64,000 nucleotides of DNA from NCBI RefSeq assembly GCF_035594765.1, contig NC_085842.1:132693036-132757035 (forward strand), read 5' to 3'. A model generated the notes under the pieces. It made no database searches. It saw only the letters and a list, made by a program, of their open reading frames with translations, and was not told where the DNA came from. This document shows positions 12,780 through 25,440 of the stretch, in pieces. This DNA comes from Anolis carolinensis. Lineage: Eukaryota. The stretch's first letter is position 1, and each line of letters begins with the position of its first letter. The position numbers and the translations under genes are program-made.

Positions 12780-15700
12780 CTATTTGTGGCCGCTCTAAAT
12801 TGCTCTTTTTCATTGGTACTTAGGTTTTTCTTAAATAACTAAAACCCAGGAACACATATATTTCCTAAACTGAGATATACTTGCCATCTAACCAAATTAT
12901 ACCCTTATTAACCGTTAGCAACTAATGTGTCTGATGCGTGAGGGAAGTTTACATATTAATGAGGAGGAAAGAAAAGAGAGATGCATTCTAGTGCCTACCT
13001 ACCTGAACAAAATCAGTAAGGGGAGAGATAATGAGATATACACAGATTGGCTTCCACAACCTGACAGTTCCCAAAGATTCTGGGCTCTCACCATTTCCAG
13101 GCAGAAATCCTGTTATCAGCTTTGTGGTTCATGAGGGAGGAAATGCCTAGGTTGAAGGAAGTGAATTTTAAAAGGCAAAAAAGAGACCTTTTTGAAAGGG
13201 TCAATAACAAAGTGTGGTCTCCTGAAATCAACGGTGACAGTCTCTATGCCACTCCCTCTAAATCTCAAGGCCTGGCCTAACATTAATGTTCCAAACAATG
13301 AATTAATTGAAAATAACCCAAACAGTAAAGCATTTTCATTACAGTATTGTGCCCATATACATGACAGTTACATTCCAAGACCTCTGTGAATACCTGTATA
13401 TTTTAACTATACTTGGGCCAGAGTCACACCATAGAATTGCACTAGGGAACCCAGAGAAGTGGGGAGGGGGGTATTTTTTGAGTGTGGATAAGTGAAACCA
13501 TGATTATCCAATCCATGGATAAGAGTGCTGTACTATATTCCTGTTTATTTGTTAATGTTAAATGTGAAAAATAGAGTCTTAATTTTTTATGTTTAGCATT
13601 ATCAAATTATTTTCTAAGCTCTGGCTTGTGCCACATGCCAGGCAGCGCTTGGACACTGTGTGGCCATGGGTTCCAGGAAGAGAAGGGGGAGGGGTCACCT
13701 GAGGCCCCATTGAACACAGAACACAATCAGCATGTGAGTCACCAAGTGGAAACTTTTCACATCACTGCACCTTGTCATGTCTGTGCACTGTGGCTGTCAA
13801 CAGAACTTTAATTTAATTGTGCAGACAAGCAAGGGGTGGAAAACAAGAGTTTCAGCAAATCAACGTAATTTGCAGGGAAATGGGTGACTTGCTGGCAGGA
13901 AATGTAATGAGGACAGAAGGAGCTTTAATGGTGTATAACTTTTGAGCTGCTTGGGTTGCAGATCTCTAGGGCCGTCCTCTCCACTGTACCACAGATCCAG
14001 AAGCTGACAGGGATGCTTGACAGCCAGACAAGTTGACACCTTCTGGCTTGCCACAAGGGGCATACCTGCTTAGCTGCCAACAGGATCAGTTGCTACCAAG
14101 CAGTGCCCACGGAACAGCCTTTCCTCTGATGGCTTGCCCTGCTGGAGCACCACCCAGCCCTCCTAGCAGCTTCAGCTTCCTAATAATGCAAACCACAACA
14201 ACTTGTTCTTCCTGGCCCCATGCACTTTGGAGCTCCATCGCTCACTCCCAGATGTAACCTTGTTTGGCGTCTCTAGCAGCAAAATGCCGAGTCTTCCTGC
14301 AGAAATGGACCCAGGGGGACCCACCCTTCCTTAAGCACTTGGGTTGTCTGCACTGACATATATCCCACTGGGCTCTATGCAACAGCCTGACTTTGGAGAG
14401 TCTGTGGATCTTGATCCAAGGTTAACCTTGCTGCTGCCATCACTGATGTATTTTACTCTGTTTGGCGGAGGAGGAGAAAGAACAGGAGGAAAACAAGCAC
14501 ACATGCTACACCACTGAGCTGAAACAAGGCACAAAGTCCCAGGAGACATCTCAGATGGATTCTTTTATTGCAGAGGGATAGATATAAGCTTGATTGTCCT
14601 TTTCCGAAGCTGGAAGAATATTTATCCTCCTGTGCTCCTCTTTCCTCTTTGCACAGCATGTGCCATTCCGCTTTTGTTCCTTTAAATGGAAGTTTTATTC
14701 CAATGCAGAGAGCGAGAGGAGGGGGGAGGGAGGCGAGGGAGGGGGAGACCTTCTTCTGTTTTAACCTACATTCCTCTTCCTTTCAAATCTGCAAAAGCAA
14801 TTAAAATTTAAGTGGAAACCTCTGCACTGCAGTAGGGACTGGTGGAGGGTAGACGGAGAAAGTCAGCTCTGTCACTCAGCTGTTTTGCTCCACAATTCTC
14901 TGGAATTAGAGGCAAGAACTCTCTCTCTTACTGACCCAGAGTGACAGACTAGCACTTTGAAAGTCCCCCCAAGAGTGGCTGAGATTACAATATAGCTGCA
15001 ATTTGGGGTTTGATGAGCCAGTTTTTGGTCCCAAAGGCTCCTGTGTTTTTTTCAGCTTCTACAGCAGGGTCCCACTCTTGTTTCTGACCCATGATAACCC
15101 TAAGGCAAAGCTATCATGAGGCTTTCTTGGCAAGTTCTGTTGGGACTACAGTTTTCAGAATTCCCCAGACAGTATGGCTAGTGGAGCTGTAATTCCTCCT
15201 CCCGGTACAAATAAGAAACTGCCTTATAAAAAAAACTCTGGATAATTTGTTTCGCCAACTACATTTGCTCAGGAAGAAAAATTTCACATTTCTGGACTCT
15301 CGGGTTGCTTTCCTGAACCATCCTAGTTAGTTTCCAGGAATCTAGGGCTCACAGTCTCATGTTTTTAAACCCATTAAAGGGGGAAATCCTGCCCTGAAAG
15401 AATAAAGGGCTTACATCTGCTGACTTGTCCAGCTTTAACTTTCTGACTGAAACAAAGCAGACTTGAAAACTTACTCACAATGGAAAGTGAGATAAGAGAA
15501 TGTAAATGCCAATTTGGAACAGTCCTCCTGTACTGGTGCACAGCCTGTTTGCTTTCAGTTCATGGTGAACCAGCAAAGGAGCCATTCCGATTGGAAGCAC
15601 AAGCTGTAATTTTCCTAACCTCCACAATCCCCATAAATTGTAAAAATAATGGTTTGGGATGAATGGCTCATGCATTGTTCTAACATGATGACACTTTGGA

Positions 15701-18114
15701 AGCTGAACAGAAATTGGGCTCCAGATGGGCTCTCCTCAAGCAACACAGAAATCAACTAGTATCAACTAGTAGTCACAAGTAGACCATAACTTCACATTGT
15801 AAAAGCTGCAGAGAAATGACTCTGGCTGTGGGACATTCTCTTCAACAATAAAATTCAAAACCTCTCCTGCTGCCAATTTTTATACAGCTGTAAGATTTTT
15901 AGCTGATCTTTGCTCAGTCTTATGCTACATTCACATTTGTATCTGAAGGAGGCCAGGCAACCTGACCTTACCTGCAGTTACCTCGATGCTAACGCCTATT
16001 GAACACCGCCAGAGCTCCAGAGGAAGAAATCAAAGCTGGTGTAAAGCCAGAAAGACAGTCAAAACTACAACTGCATCAAGAAGGCCCTTGCTGTGATGAA
16101 TCTCTATATTAAAATGTAGTCTAACCAAAGCCATCTAGTTGCAAGCTGAGAACCTTCTACCGAGAACCTCCAGAATAGATCAGTATAGATCCAAACCACT
16201 TTCCTAAATGCTCTTATTTCATACTTTCACAATGGTCAATTGATCCCAACTAGCTGACACTTTGGGCACAGAAGTCAAAGCCCAATAAAACCCAGTTGAA
16301 CCACACAGTAAGTAGCTTTCCACTTGCTTCCTTGGCCACTGACATCAGGAAGAGCACTGTTTCCAATATTGGTCCAAACAGTAACCTCAGCTTAAATGAG
16401 ATTCCCCTGCTTGCCTACTTTGGGACCAAAGATGCTGTGGAAGAGACTGACATTACCCTAGTGACATTCAGCTTCTGTGAAGCTAAATGAGCTGGGAAAA
16501 CGTGATCCTCAGCCAAGGATACAGTACATTGGGTCATCCAGTTCGACCAGCATGTGAGGAGACTATGTCTATCACATGCATTGAATTATCCTCTGTTTTA
16601 GGCCTTTTTGCTACTTGGGGCAAAGCAGGCAATAGCCTGGCAATCCCCAAGTCAAAACTCATGAAGCCCAAGGGCAGGCAGTACATTCTGGCACCTCAGG
16701 CAGAAAATTTCATAAAGGCCATTCTCCATGCTTGGCAGAAAAAGAAATATTGCAATAATAAGTTAAGCAACTAACAACATAGCGCCCTTTCACTATACCC
16801 AAGTTCAGTTGCCTCACAGGTTTCTTTCTTCTGGCTTAGAGAAGAGATGTATCAATGTTAATGGTATGATGGATCTGGTGGGTGAAGGGAGAAAGAAAAT
16901 GTGTGTGTATGAAAGAAAGAAGGGAAATGGGTGAGTGCTGCTTTCAGGCCCCTTTGTGCCAATCACAGTAGACTTTGACTTTTTCTTTTTAGGCCACCAT
17001 TCTCTCACAGACCTGAACACAGCATAGCCGATCCAGACAGAGACCAGACCCACCCCTGGTTTGCTAAGCTCCAGTGAAGTTGCTCTCTTGGGATGTCTTC
17101 AGGCCACACTATGGGATCCTAGTCGCAAAGGAACAAATGTGCTACAAATCTGGCTGCCAATGAAGTAAAATAGGCAAGGTCGGTGAAGCTGAAGCACAGC
17201 CTAATATAGGACACAGCTACCAACCATTTGTCTTTTTCTGTATCAGACTACAGAATGTATGCACAATAGGCTACTGAGATGAATTAGAGATAATAGCTGG
17301 ATCCAAACATCTTAAACGTTTATGTTTGGTTCCCATTTTATGTAACCTAATCCTTTAGAAGATATCTGGATTAGGATGGTCTTCTCTCCTTCTGAATTAC
17401 TTGGCATTACAAAATGTTTCTTAAATGTTGACCATAGAACTATTTAGGCTGGCTTGATTTATTCCTAACAGAGAACAGGAGGGAAGTGTAATAAAATCTC
17501 TGTCCTACATGTGCAAATGTACTGGAAAAAATAAGACCTTCTACATTGTAGTCTGCAAGCACCTAGGAATGAGCTTGGAGGATTAAGTTGCAAGGGTATC
17601 TCACAAGGACATTAAGTGTCACTGACCCTTTTCTCTCTATATCAAAGTGTTTCGCTGTTGTTTCCCCCACCACCACCACCACCACTACATCTCGATCCAA
17701 TTAAACCTGACAGCTTGTTTACAGGGTCAGTATGAGAGGGCATAGAAGACAACAGGACACAAACAGGGAGAATACAATAGTTAGCTAGGCTGGGAGGAAC
17801 TATATTTGGAAAGAAGATAAGCAAATGGCTCTTGGACTCCTGCAATAAATTTATAGACCTAGGAACCTCCCTGTACTGCCACCAATATGTTTAGAAATCA
17901 GGGACCCATTCTAACCAAAAATGTTTTGTTTTCCTGATCTCATATGAGTTGCAAGGAGAGCAATTCATACTAAATAGGATGGCAATTGTTCTAGCAAGCA
18001 CTAGTGCCTTGCTAGAATTGCTCTCAACCTAAACCCAACCGCCTATAAATTCCCTTCAATGTCTCTTGCTGGTCATTCACTTCCCATTGTCTCTTGCTCT
18101 CCATCCCTAACTCA

Positions 18115-18260
18115 GGCCCCCATCTACACTGGCATATAATGCAGTTTGAAACTGCATTATATGATCAGTATGAATTCGTATGATGCAGTTTAACTGCTTT
18201 GAACAGCATTTTATGAGTTTGCACTAACCATGTAACGTAGTTCAAACTGCATTGATGCCT
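18115..18260. mobile_element. PIF/Harbinger-like MITE fragment
   Basis: Begins TCA|GGCCCCCATCTACACTG, a terminus related to the elements at 48746 and 52871. Confidence 0.5.
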
Positions 18261-18319
18261 GTCACATACCTTGCAGATAATCTTACACTTCCTACCACCC
18301 CATTTATCCCCTTGAGAAG

Positions 18320-19790
18320 GTAACATCTACTGCAGAAAATTGACACAATTCTGTCCCTTCAAGAAGAGTAAAAAGAGGATACAAATAATTATTGCCCAGT
18401 GAGCCTGACATCAATACCAAGGAAGATTCTGGATCAGATCATTAAGGAGACAGTCTGCAATCACTTAAAAATAATGCTGTAGTCATCAAATGTCAACATG
18501 GGGTTATCAAAAACAAGTCATCCCGGACTAATCTTATCTCTTTTTTCAATAGAGTTATGAGCCTGGTAGATGCAGGGACTTTTGTGGATGTAGCATATCT
18601 TGATTTCAGTAAGGCAACAACAACAACAACAATTTATTGATTAGCCAATTAGCCTTATCAAGGACAGACAATACAAACACAACATACAACATACATCTGG
18701 TTCACTTAAAATAAAATATAGATATACAAGTATTTGCCAGCTTGGTGCCAATGTAGCTTAGCCATAGATGTGTGCATCAACTATCCTCATCTCCCCTACA
18801 CTGCACCCCAATCTGATCTATGTACTCCAATCTCCTTTTAGCAGCTTTAAACAAATACAGGGCCACTTTTGTTGTCAGAATGGGGTTATAACTGGCCAAT
18901 AAAAATGTAGTTTTGGCCGCTATGTCCCAGCTTGTTTTATTAAAAATAAAAGGCCATAAGTATTATTTCCTTCTTTTTTGTATAGGTTACAATTATGCAA
19001 AGTGTGGTTCAAATTTTCGATTTCAGGGGCACCACAGATACATAATCTTTCTTCATGTGGGATGTGGTTGAATCTGCCGTATCTCTCCATGGACTACCTT
19101 TGTTCGAATCTTGCCCTGGTGAAAGCGATTCTTAGGTGTCTTGGCATATCTGCTTTTAGGTACAATGCCCGCTGGAAATTATGTTTAAAGCATCAGAGAT
19201 CCTGTGTTTGATTTCAGTAAGGCCTTTGACAAAGTCCTCTATGATCGTCTTGCAAACAAACTAGTAAAATGTGAGCTAGACAATGCTAGTGTTAGGTGGA
19301 TTTGTAATTAGTTAAGCGACTGAACCCAAAGGGTTCAATGGTTCCTTTTCATCCTGGAAAGAAGTGACTAGTGGGGTACCACAGAGTTCAGTTCTGGGCC
19401 CAGTGCTGTTTAACATCTTTATTAATGACTTGGATGAAGGTTTAGAGGGCATGCTTGTCAAGTTTGCAGATGACACCAAATTGGGAGGGATAGCGAATAC
19501 TCCAGAAGATGGGATGAGAATTCAAAATGACCTTAAAATATTAGAGAGCTGGGCCAAAACTAACAAAATGAATTTCAACTAGGAGAAATGAAATATACTA
19601 CACTTAGGCAGAAAAATTAAATCCACAGATACAGGATGGGTGATGCCTAGCTCGACATCAGTCCATGTGAAAGAGATCTTGGAGTCTTAGTAGACAACAA
19701 GTTGAACATGAGCCAACAATGTGATGCAGCAACAAAAAACGACAGTGGGATTTTGGGCTGCATCAAAAGGAGTATAGTGTTGAGATCAGT
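18320..19790 (+). mobile_element. Degraded CR1 LINE RT fragment, interrupted at 18616-19207
   Basis: [33 protein letters not shown] and [10 protein letters not shown] motifs with stops and frameshifts. Confidence 0.9.
18616..19207 (-). mobile_element. RTE-X-like LINE 3' fragment inserted in CR1
   Basis: 16-bp TSD TTGATTTCAGTAAGGC (18600-15, 19208-23); minus-strand translation RIAFTRARF...GRFNHIPHEERLCICG..EIENLNHTLHNC; AATAAA plus (TTG)n tail. Confidence 0.75.
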
Positions 19791-21081
19791 GATGGTGATC
19801 CTTTTAGGCCCTCATCACATTGAAAAATTTCTAGGACACTTCAGCCTCCTTTCAAGCATGGAGAGACACAGCGCTCATCACATGACATTAAATTACTTCT
19901 TTCCAAGGAGCTTCTGTGTCAGAACCAGAGCTTGGGAAATTCCCAATAGTTATGTTACTTACAGACACTTACAGACTTGGGGGGGGGGGGATGTTAAGAA
20001 TTGAGGGTTTGATCTTCAGTGGTTTCTTGTGATATCTGAACTCCTGTGTAATTTCATTTCACTCTATTTAAACTGGGCCTTTGAATTAAAATGGAAATCA
20101 GTCTTTCTCATCATCATTCAAAGGAGCTATCAGTAATATTGCAACCTTGTTTTTTCACATTAAGACAGATCCCAGTAGCTTCTCTAGCTATCATTAATCC
20201 CTTTCCTGGCAAATGATGCTGGGAGATAATTTCAATAGACCAGGTTTTGGCCAGCACCGTTCCTTTTGAAAAAGACGGTGATCCCAGAGACAAAAGGAAG
20301 AATGGGGTTAGAAGGATAAAAGGTTAGGAAGTTATGATGGTATTGGAGGGGATATTTTTCTTGTCCATCCCACATTTTCCTCTGTTAAAAAAAAAACTTC
20401 TTTCAGCCTCCTCTTCCTCCTCCTCACCTCTCTTCCTCCTTCAGCCAAGAAAATACATTCATAAGATGAGGTGCAAAATTCCTCTCCCACTTCAAAGACA
20501 TTTCTCTTGGCTGCCTCTCCTTGATTCCTGGAACATCCCCTTGGAAACCTTTGGACACAACCAGCTGGCAAGCACATAATACAAAATACTCACTTCCCCT
20601 CTCCATGGCATAGGTCCAGATTGCTGCAGACACTCATTAAGGTCGGCAAGAGGTGGGATAGAGGAGGCAGCATTTCACAGCCTGTTTCACAGTGGAGCCT
20701 CTGAATACCAGGCGCAGAAGCAGAAAAGCAGGGAGTAGCTCAGGGAAATGTTTCCTACCAAGGTTTTTCCTCATCACTGGGGATGGTGTTTCAGCATCTG
20801 CTCAGACAAGGAATGGATGATGTAGGAAACAAACCCGCCTTTCTTATCTTTGTGAAGTAGAAATAACTGGCATGCTAACATAAGATAGTCAACCCCCCAC
20901 CCCCCACCCCCCTTATCATGAATGAGAGTTGTTCTTTTGCAGGCTGTCCTGCTGAGAGACATGATGGTTTTGCTTGCTGTGCAGTCTCGCTAGTCCAGGT
21001 TATGAGTCAGAACTCTCTGTTGAATTTGTATGTCTGGTTTAAAATATCACCAGCATTTGCGGGTGGAAGAGAAATGCTCCC

Positions 21082-21088
<7 letters not shown>

Positions 21089-21121
<33 letters not shown>
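21089..21121. repeat. (CA)n microsatellite
   Basis: Direct observation. Confidence 0.9.
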
Positions 21122-21123
<2 letters not shown>

Positions 21124-21448
21124 GCAAACCCTAAACCAAACATCAAACCCTAGGAGACATCTTTTAATTGCTCACAGCAAATAGTGATAGAAAGATGCAT
21201 TTCTTCAGAAAACTCATCTCATTTTTCACTTGTATAAATATCTTCATGTTGTAGTCAGGGAACAGCAAAATGAATATCAAGATAAATTCCAACTCCCACC
21301 CACCCAAGCATTCCCATTAGGATGATAACCCAAGGGAGATTGTCCATTCCAGAAGGCCACCAATTTGCCATCCCTGTTCTAGGCTATGCTATTCTGGTGA
21401 TAAAGCCAAACCAATCAAGCAAGCAAGCAGCAGGTTCAATGCATACCA

Positions 21449-21577
21449 CTGTATTTCTTCAATTCCAAGAAACACTTTTTCCTTTTTAAAACATCTTCAA
21501 AATATATATATATATATATTGGTGGTGGTTGTGGTGATACTGAAATTAGGGTGTGTCTTACAATTGATGAAATATGG
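21449..21577. mobile_element. Short cargo-free Tc2/Kanga-like MITE
   Basis: Degenerate TIRs CTGTATTTCTTCAATTCCAAGAAACAC / CCATATTTCATCAATTGTAAGACACAC, ending in TA. Confidence 0.55.
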
Positions 21578-21664
21578 TATTATACATCCCCTGAAATATG
21601 AAATATGAAACACCCAGCCACCAGAGGTCCACATGCGAAATGTAATGTTACAACATGTGGGAAT

Positions 21665-21900
21665 CCCCAGTATATTGGGGCCTTGATATCCATTGGAGTT
21701 TGATTCCAGGTTACCTCCTGCCTGTATATACCGAAAATGGTGGGTGCTCAAGTCCCATTATATACTGTGGCATAGTAAAATGGTTTCTCTTATATAAAAT
21801 GGCAAAATCAAGGTTTGCTTTCTGGATTCTTTTCAAATATTTTCAAGCTATATATGGGTGAATCTGTGGATACAGAATCTGTGGGTATGGAGGGTTGGTT
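21665..21900. mobile_element. Degraded Tigger-like DNA transposon
   Basis: Related to 4185-4450; ends ...gaatctgtgggtatggaggg. Confidence 0.5.
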
Positions 21901-24900
21901 TCATTATTGTGTCCCCCCCCCCCCCCCATTTTACTTCATTTTCTGTCCTGTTCTGGCACTGCCAGAAAGATGTGTCATTTCAGTGCAACATCACTGCCCC
22001 CAGACATAGGGACTGTTGGCTTCTCAGTTTCATACTGAATGTTCCTATCAAACACACAACAGAGTTCTTCTATTGCTTGTTGATAAACATTAGGTTTACA
22101 TTCTGTGTACTATATCTATACACATAATAAAAGTGAAAAATGTGTATGTGTGTATGTGGCAGAGATATCCATTTACACAGACAGCCTCCCGCCTCAACAG
22201 CTACAACCCACAGTGCTGAGGACCCACCGAAAGCACTCCCTCCACTGACATTGCAGGTTATAGTGAGCTCCACATCCCAGGGTTCCTTTCTCTCTCCATT
22301 GGTGTGGAATTTGCATGACTGCACCCACTGTCTCCCCCTTAACCCTTTCCTATTCCTTTTACACCCCAAAACAAACAATGCCTTTTTGAAATAACCCAGG
22401 CACCACCGGGTACCCAAGCTACTTTTGTAATATATTCTACACAGCACTGTTACTTTTTCAATGTTCACACCAATTTTTTTTAATAAAATGAGCCCATGTT
22501 CTGCTCCTTATTTTGCTATTCAATACCACATTAGTTATTAATGCAAAACCACCAGCACCACCCAGTTTTGTGGTTTCAAATGGAGTTTGACCACAAAACA
22601 AAGTTGCCAACGGGATGAAAAACATTTAATAAAATGGAAGAAATGGGGACAAAACATTTAATAAAATTGAAGAAACTAGGCTCCTAAAATACGCAATGTG
22701 GACAGATATATTTAATTACAAATAAATATGCAAATTGTCCTGGAGAATACAAACCTATTTCAAATCTAGTCAGACAAGTCAGCATGTGCTTGCTTGAAAC
22801 ATCAAGCAGAGTTCCCAAAAATGTAATGAGCACAAAATGGCACACACAACATGACACCCAAAATGGGCACCCATCAGGTTCTGTGAAATTCGACTTGAAC
22901 AAGGAACATGGTTGTGATGGTCTAGAAAAAGGACCTTTTAAACATGACACTTTTATTGTGTAATCATCGGCTAATTTAGAAAAGTTCCACTTTGGGGTTT
23001 AAACTCCCAGTCAGCATGGACAATTCTGAATCATGATTATACTCACAAAGTGATCTCATAGGATTATCCTAAAAGGCCATCCCTAAAGTTATTGTCTGTC
23101 TTCTGTATACACAAATATATACAAACAAAACTGCATGTGTGGATTACTCTATGCATAGCGTTGCCTCACAGGGTTCTGGGCAGTAAGGACACATGGCCCG
23201 GTATTGTTTTGGCTGACCGTGGCTCACAAAATCTGTAGGCTTTCACTTCTCTGATACATAAAATTGGGGGGTGAGGAGTCATGTGCAGCCTTACAGCTGC
23301 CACTGGACTACAGCTTCAGTGGGCCCTCCACTCTGGCTGTGCGGGCCAATGTGGATGCGAGTGATCATCCAACATCAGCAATTTAGGAGGGCTGCACATT
23401 GCCCAGCAGTGCTTACATGTTTTAACTGGAGATGTCAGGGATTGAATTTGGAGCTTTCTGCATGCAAGGTACATGCTTTTCCTCTCAGCTAAAGCCCTTT
23501 CCTTCACTATGTATTTGATCATGCATTCAACAGACACCTTGGGATTTGCTTGCAGTCAAGTCTTGGCTTAACAGTGTCACTCTTTGACCCTCTCTTCCTT
23601 CTGGGGTTGCACCAATTAGCTCAACGGGGTGACATACATAGCTAGTCTATGAGCAACTACCTGCCTAGGAATTCCAGAACAGCCAAGCCATTCAGTTATA
23701 AGCCAATAACTCAGCACAGAATTGGAACTAGATGCAGAGCAACTCGTTCATAGATCAGGATGAATCACATTGTACAGTGCGGGTCTAAGACTAAAGTAAC
23801 AGGGTCCTATGAACACATACTCAGGAGTAAGCCCTATTTGAATTAAGGAGGCTTGACTTCTGATTAAATGTGTGTAGATTGCTGCTGCTTTCCAGGGCTT
23901 CATCCAGTCACGTTTATAGCTAAGTAATCTAAATACAGATCTCTCTGATTCTCCTTCCGCTTTAGCTGTAACAACCTATAGAAGAATACTGAAAAGAAAT
24001 TTGTAACACCAATTCATTTTGATCTGCTATATTGATGAACCCCTTCTTTTAAAAGCCACTACTTACTTGTTAACATTTATATCTTGCCTTACCTTCAATG
24101 AACTCAAAGTACAGTGAAGTTTCCCTCTCCAAACACCGTGCGCTAGGCCTGGTTGGGAAAAAGAGACTATCTCAAGGTCACCCACTGAGTTTCATAGCCC
24201 TCTGGTAACCAAGATCAGGATTTCTCAAGATCCTTTATTTTACTTTAATCCTGCACCATTCACCGGCAGTAGAAGCAATTTGTTGGTGGCCTATCATTCT
24301 TGTGGTTCTCTGGTGCCAGAATCAACCCTGATGACAAAGTAGAAAGATCCACTTAATGTCATGCACTTGTATTTTGTAAATATTGTTTTGTTGACTGCAT
24401 ATTAGAATATGAGACTGTTGGGAGCAGAGAGAGAATAAAATGTTGGAGTGAATGAGGATTGGTGGTAATGTCTGAGATTTGCGTAAGGCTGGTGAATGAC
24501 AATTTAATGTTCGATTAGACAATACTAGGACTGTAGTGAGAGTGAGAGAACAGAGCTTGGGTTGGGGTATGAGATTAGTTTTAGTGGTGTTTGAGAGTGT
24601 ATGGTGTATCAAATATAACAAATAATCTGGTGTGTTATGTTTAACTTCTCCAAATAAAGAACTTCTTTTTTTTACACTGTGGGCCTCTCAAAATGCAATA
24701 TTTATGAGAAACTGGATTCAGACAAGGTGTTTTATGTTGTGGTGTCCATTCAGAATAGAAGTTGCATAAATCTTCATAGGTACCTATGAAGGGCGGGGTA
24801 GAAATATCAGAAATAAATACCTTGCCGGCATTTAGACTATCCCCACATTTGGTACCACAGGAGGACAAAAGGAATTCCTGACATTGCAGTTGAGGTATGT

Positions 24901-24934
24901 ATCAGGAAAAGCTTTCATTTTGGTAATTGCAGTG

Positions 24935-25440
24935 AGTATCACAAAAGTGAAAATAGTGAAAAGCAGAGACAACACACTGGCAACGAAGGTCCGCATAGTG
25001 AAATAATGGTATTCCCCACAGTAACCCATGGTTGCGAGAGCTGTACCATAAGGAAGGCTGAGTGAAGGAAGATAGATGCTTTTGAACTTTGTTGCTGGAG
25101 GAAAATCCTGAGTGTGCCTTGGACTGCAAGAAGATCCAACCAGTCCATCCTCCAGGAAATAATGCCCAGCTGCTCACTGGAGGGAAGGATATTAGGGGCA
25201 AAGATGAAGTATTTTGGCCACATGAAAAGACAGGAAAGCCTGGAGAAGACCATGATGCTGGGGAAAATGGAAAGAAAAAGGAAGAGAGGTCGACCAAAGG
25301 CGAGATGGATGGATGGTATCCTTGAAGTGACTGGCTTGACCTTGAAGGAACTGGGGGCGGCAACAGCCGACAGGAAGCTCTGGCGTGGACTGGTCCATGA
25401 GGTCAGGAAGAGTCAGAAGCGACTGCGTGAATGAAGAAGA
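24935..25440 (+). mobile_element. RTE-BovB LINE 3' fragment
   Basis: PWTARRSNQSILQEI...KYFGH...LEKTMMLGK.E...RGRPKARWMD...WRGLVHEV.KS.KRL; a short matching tail at ~28890-28940. Confidence 0.9.

Noticed and set aside
16814-17053. Short ORF with a hydrophobic stretch then KKKK (micro-protein-like)
   Set aside because: GTG start, in-frame stop shortly upstream, no recognisable homology.
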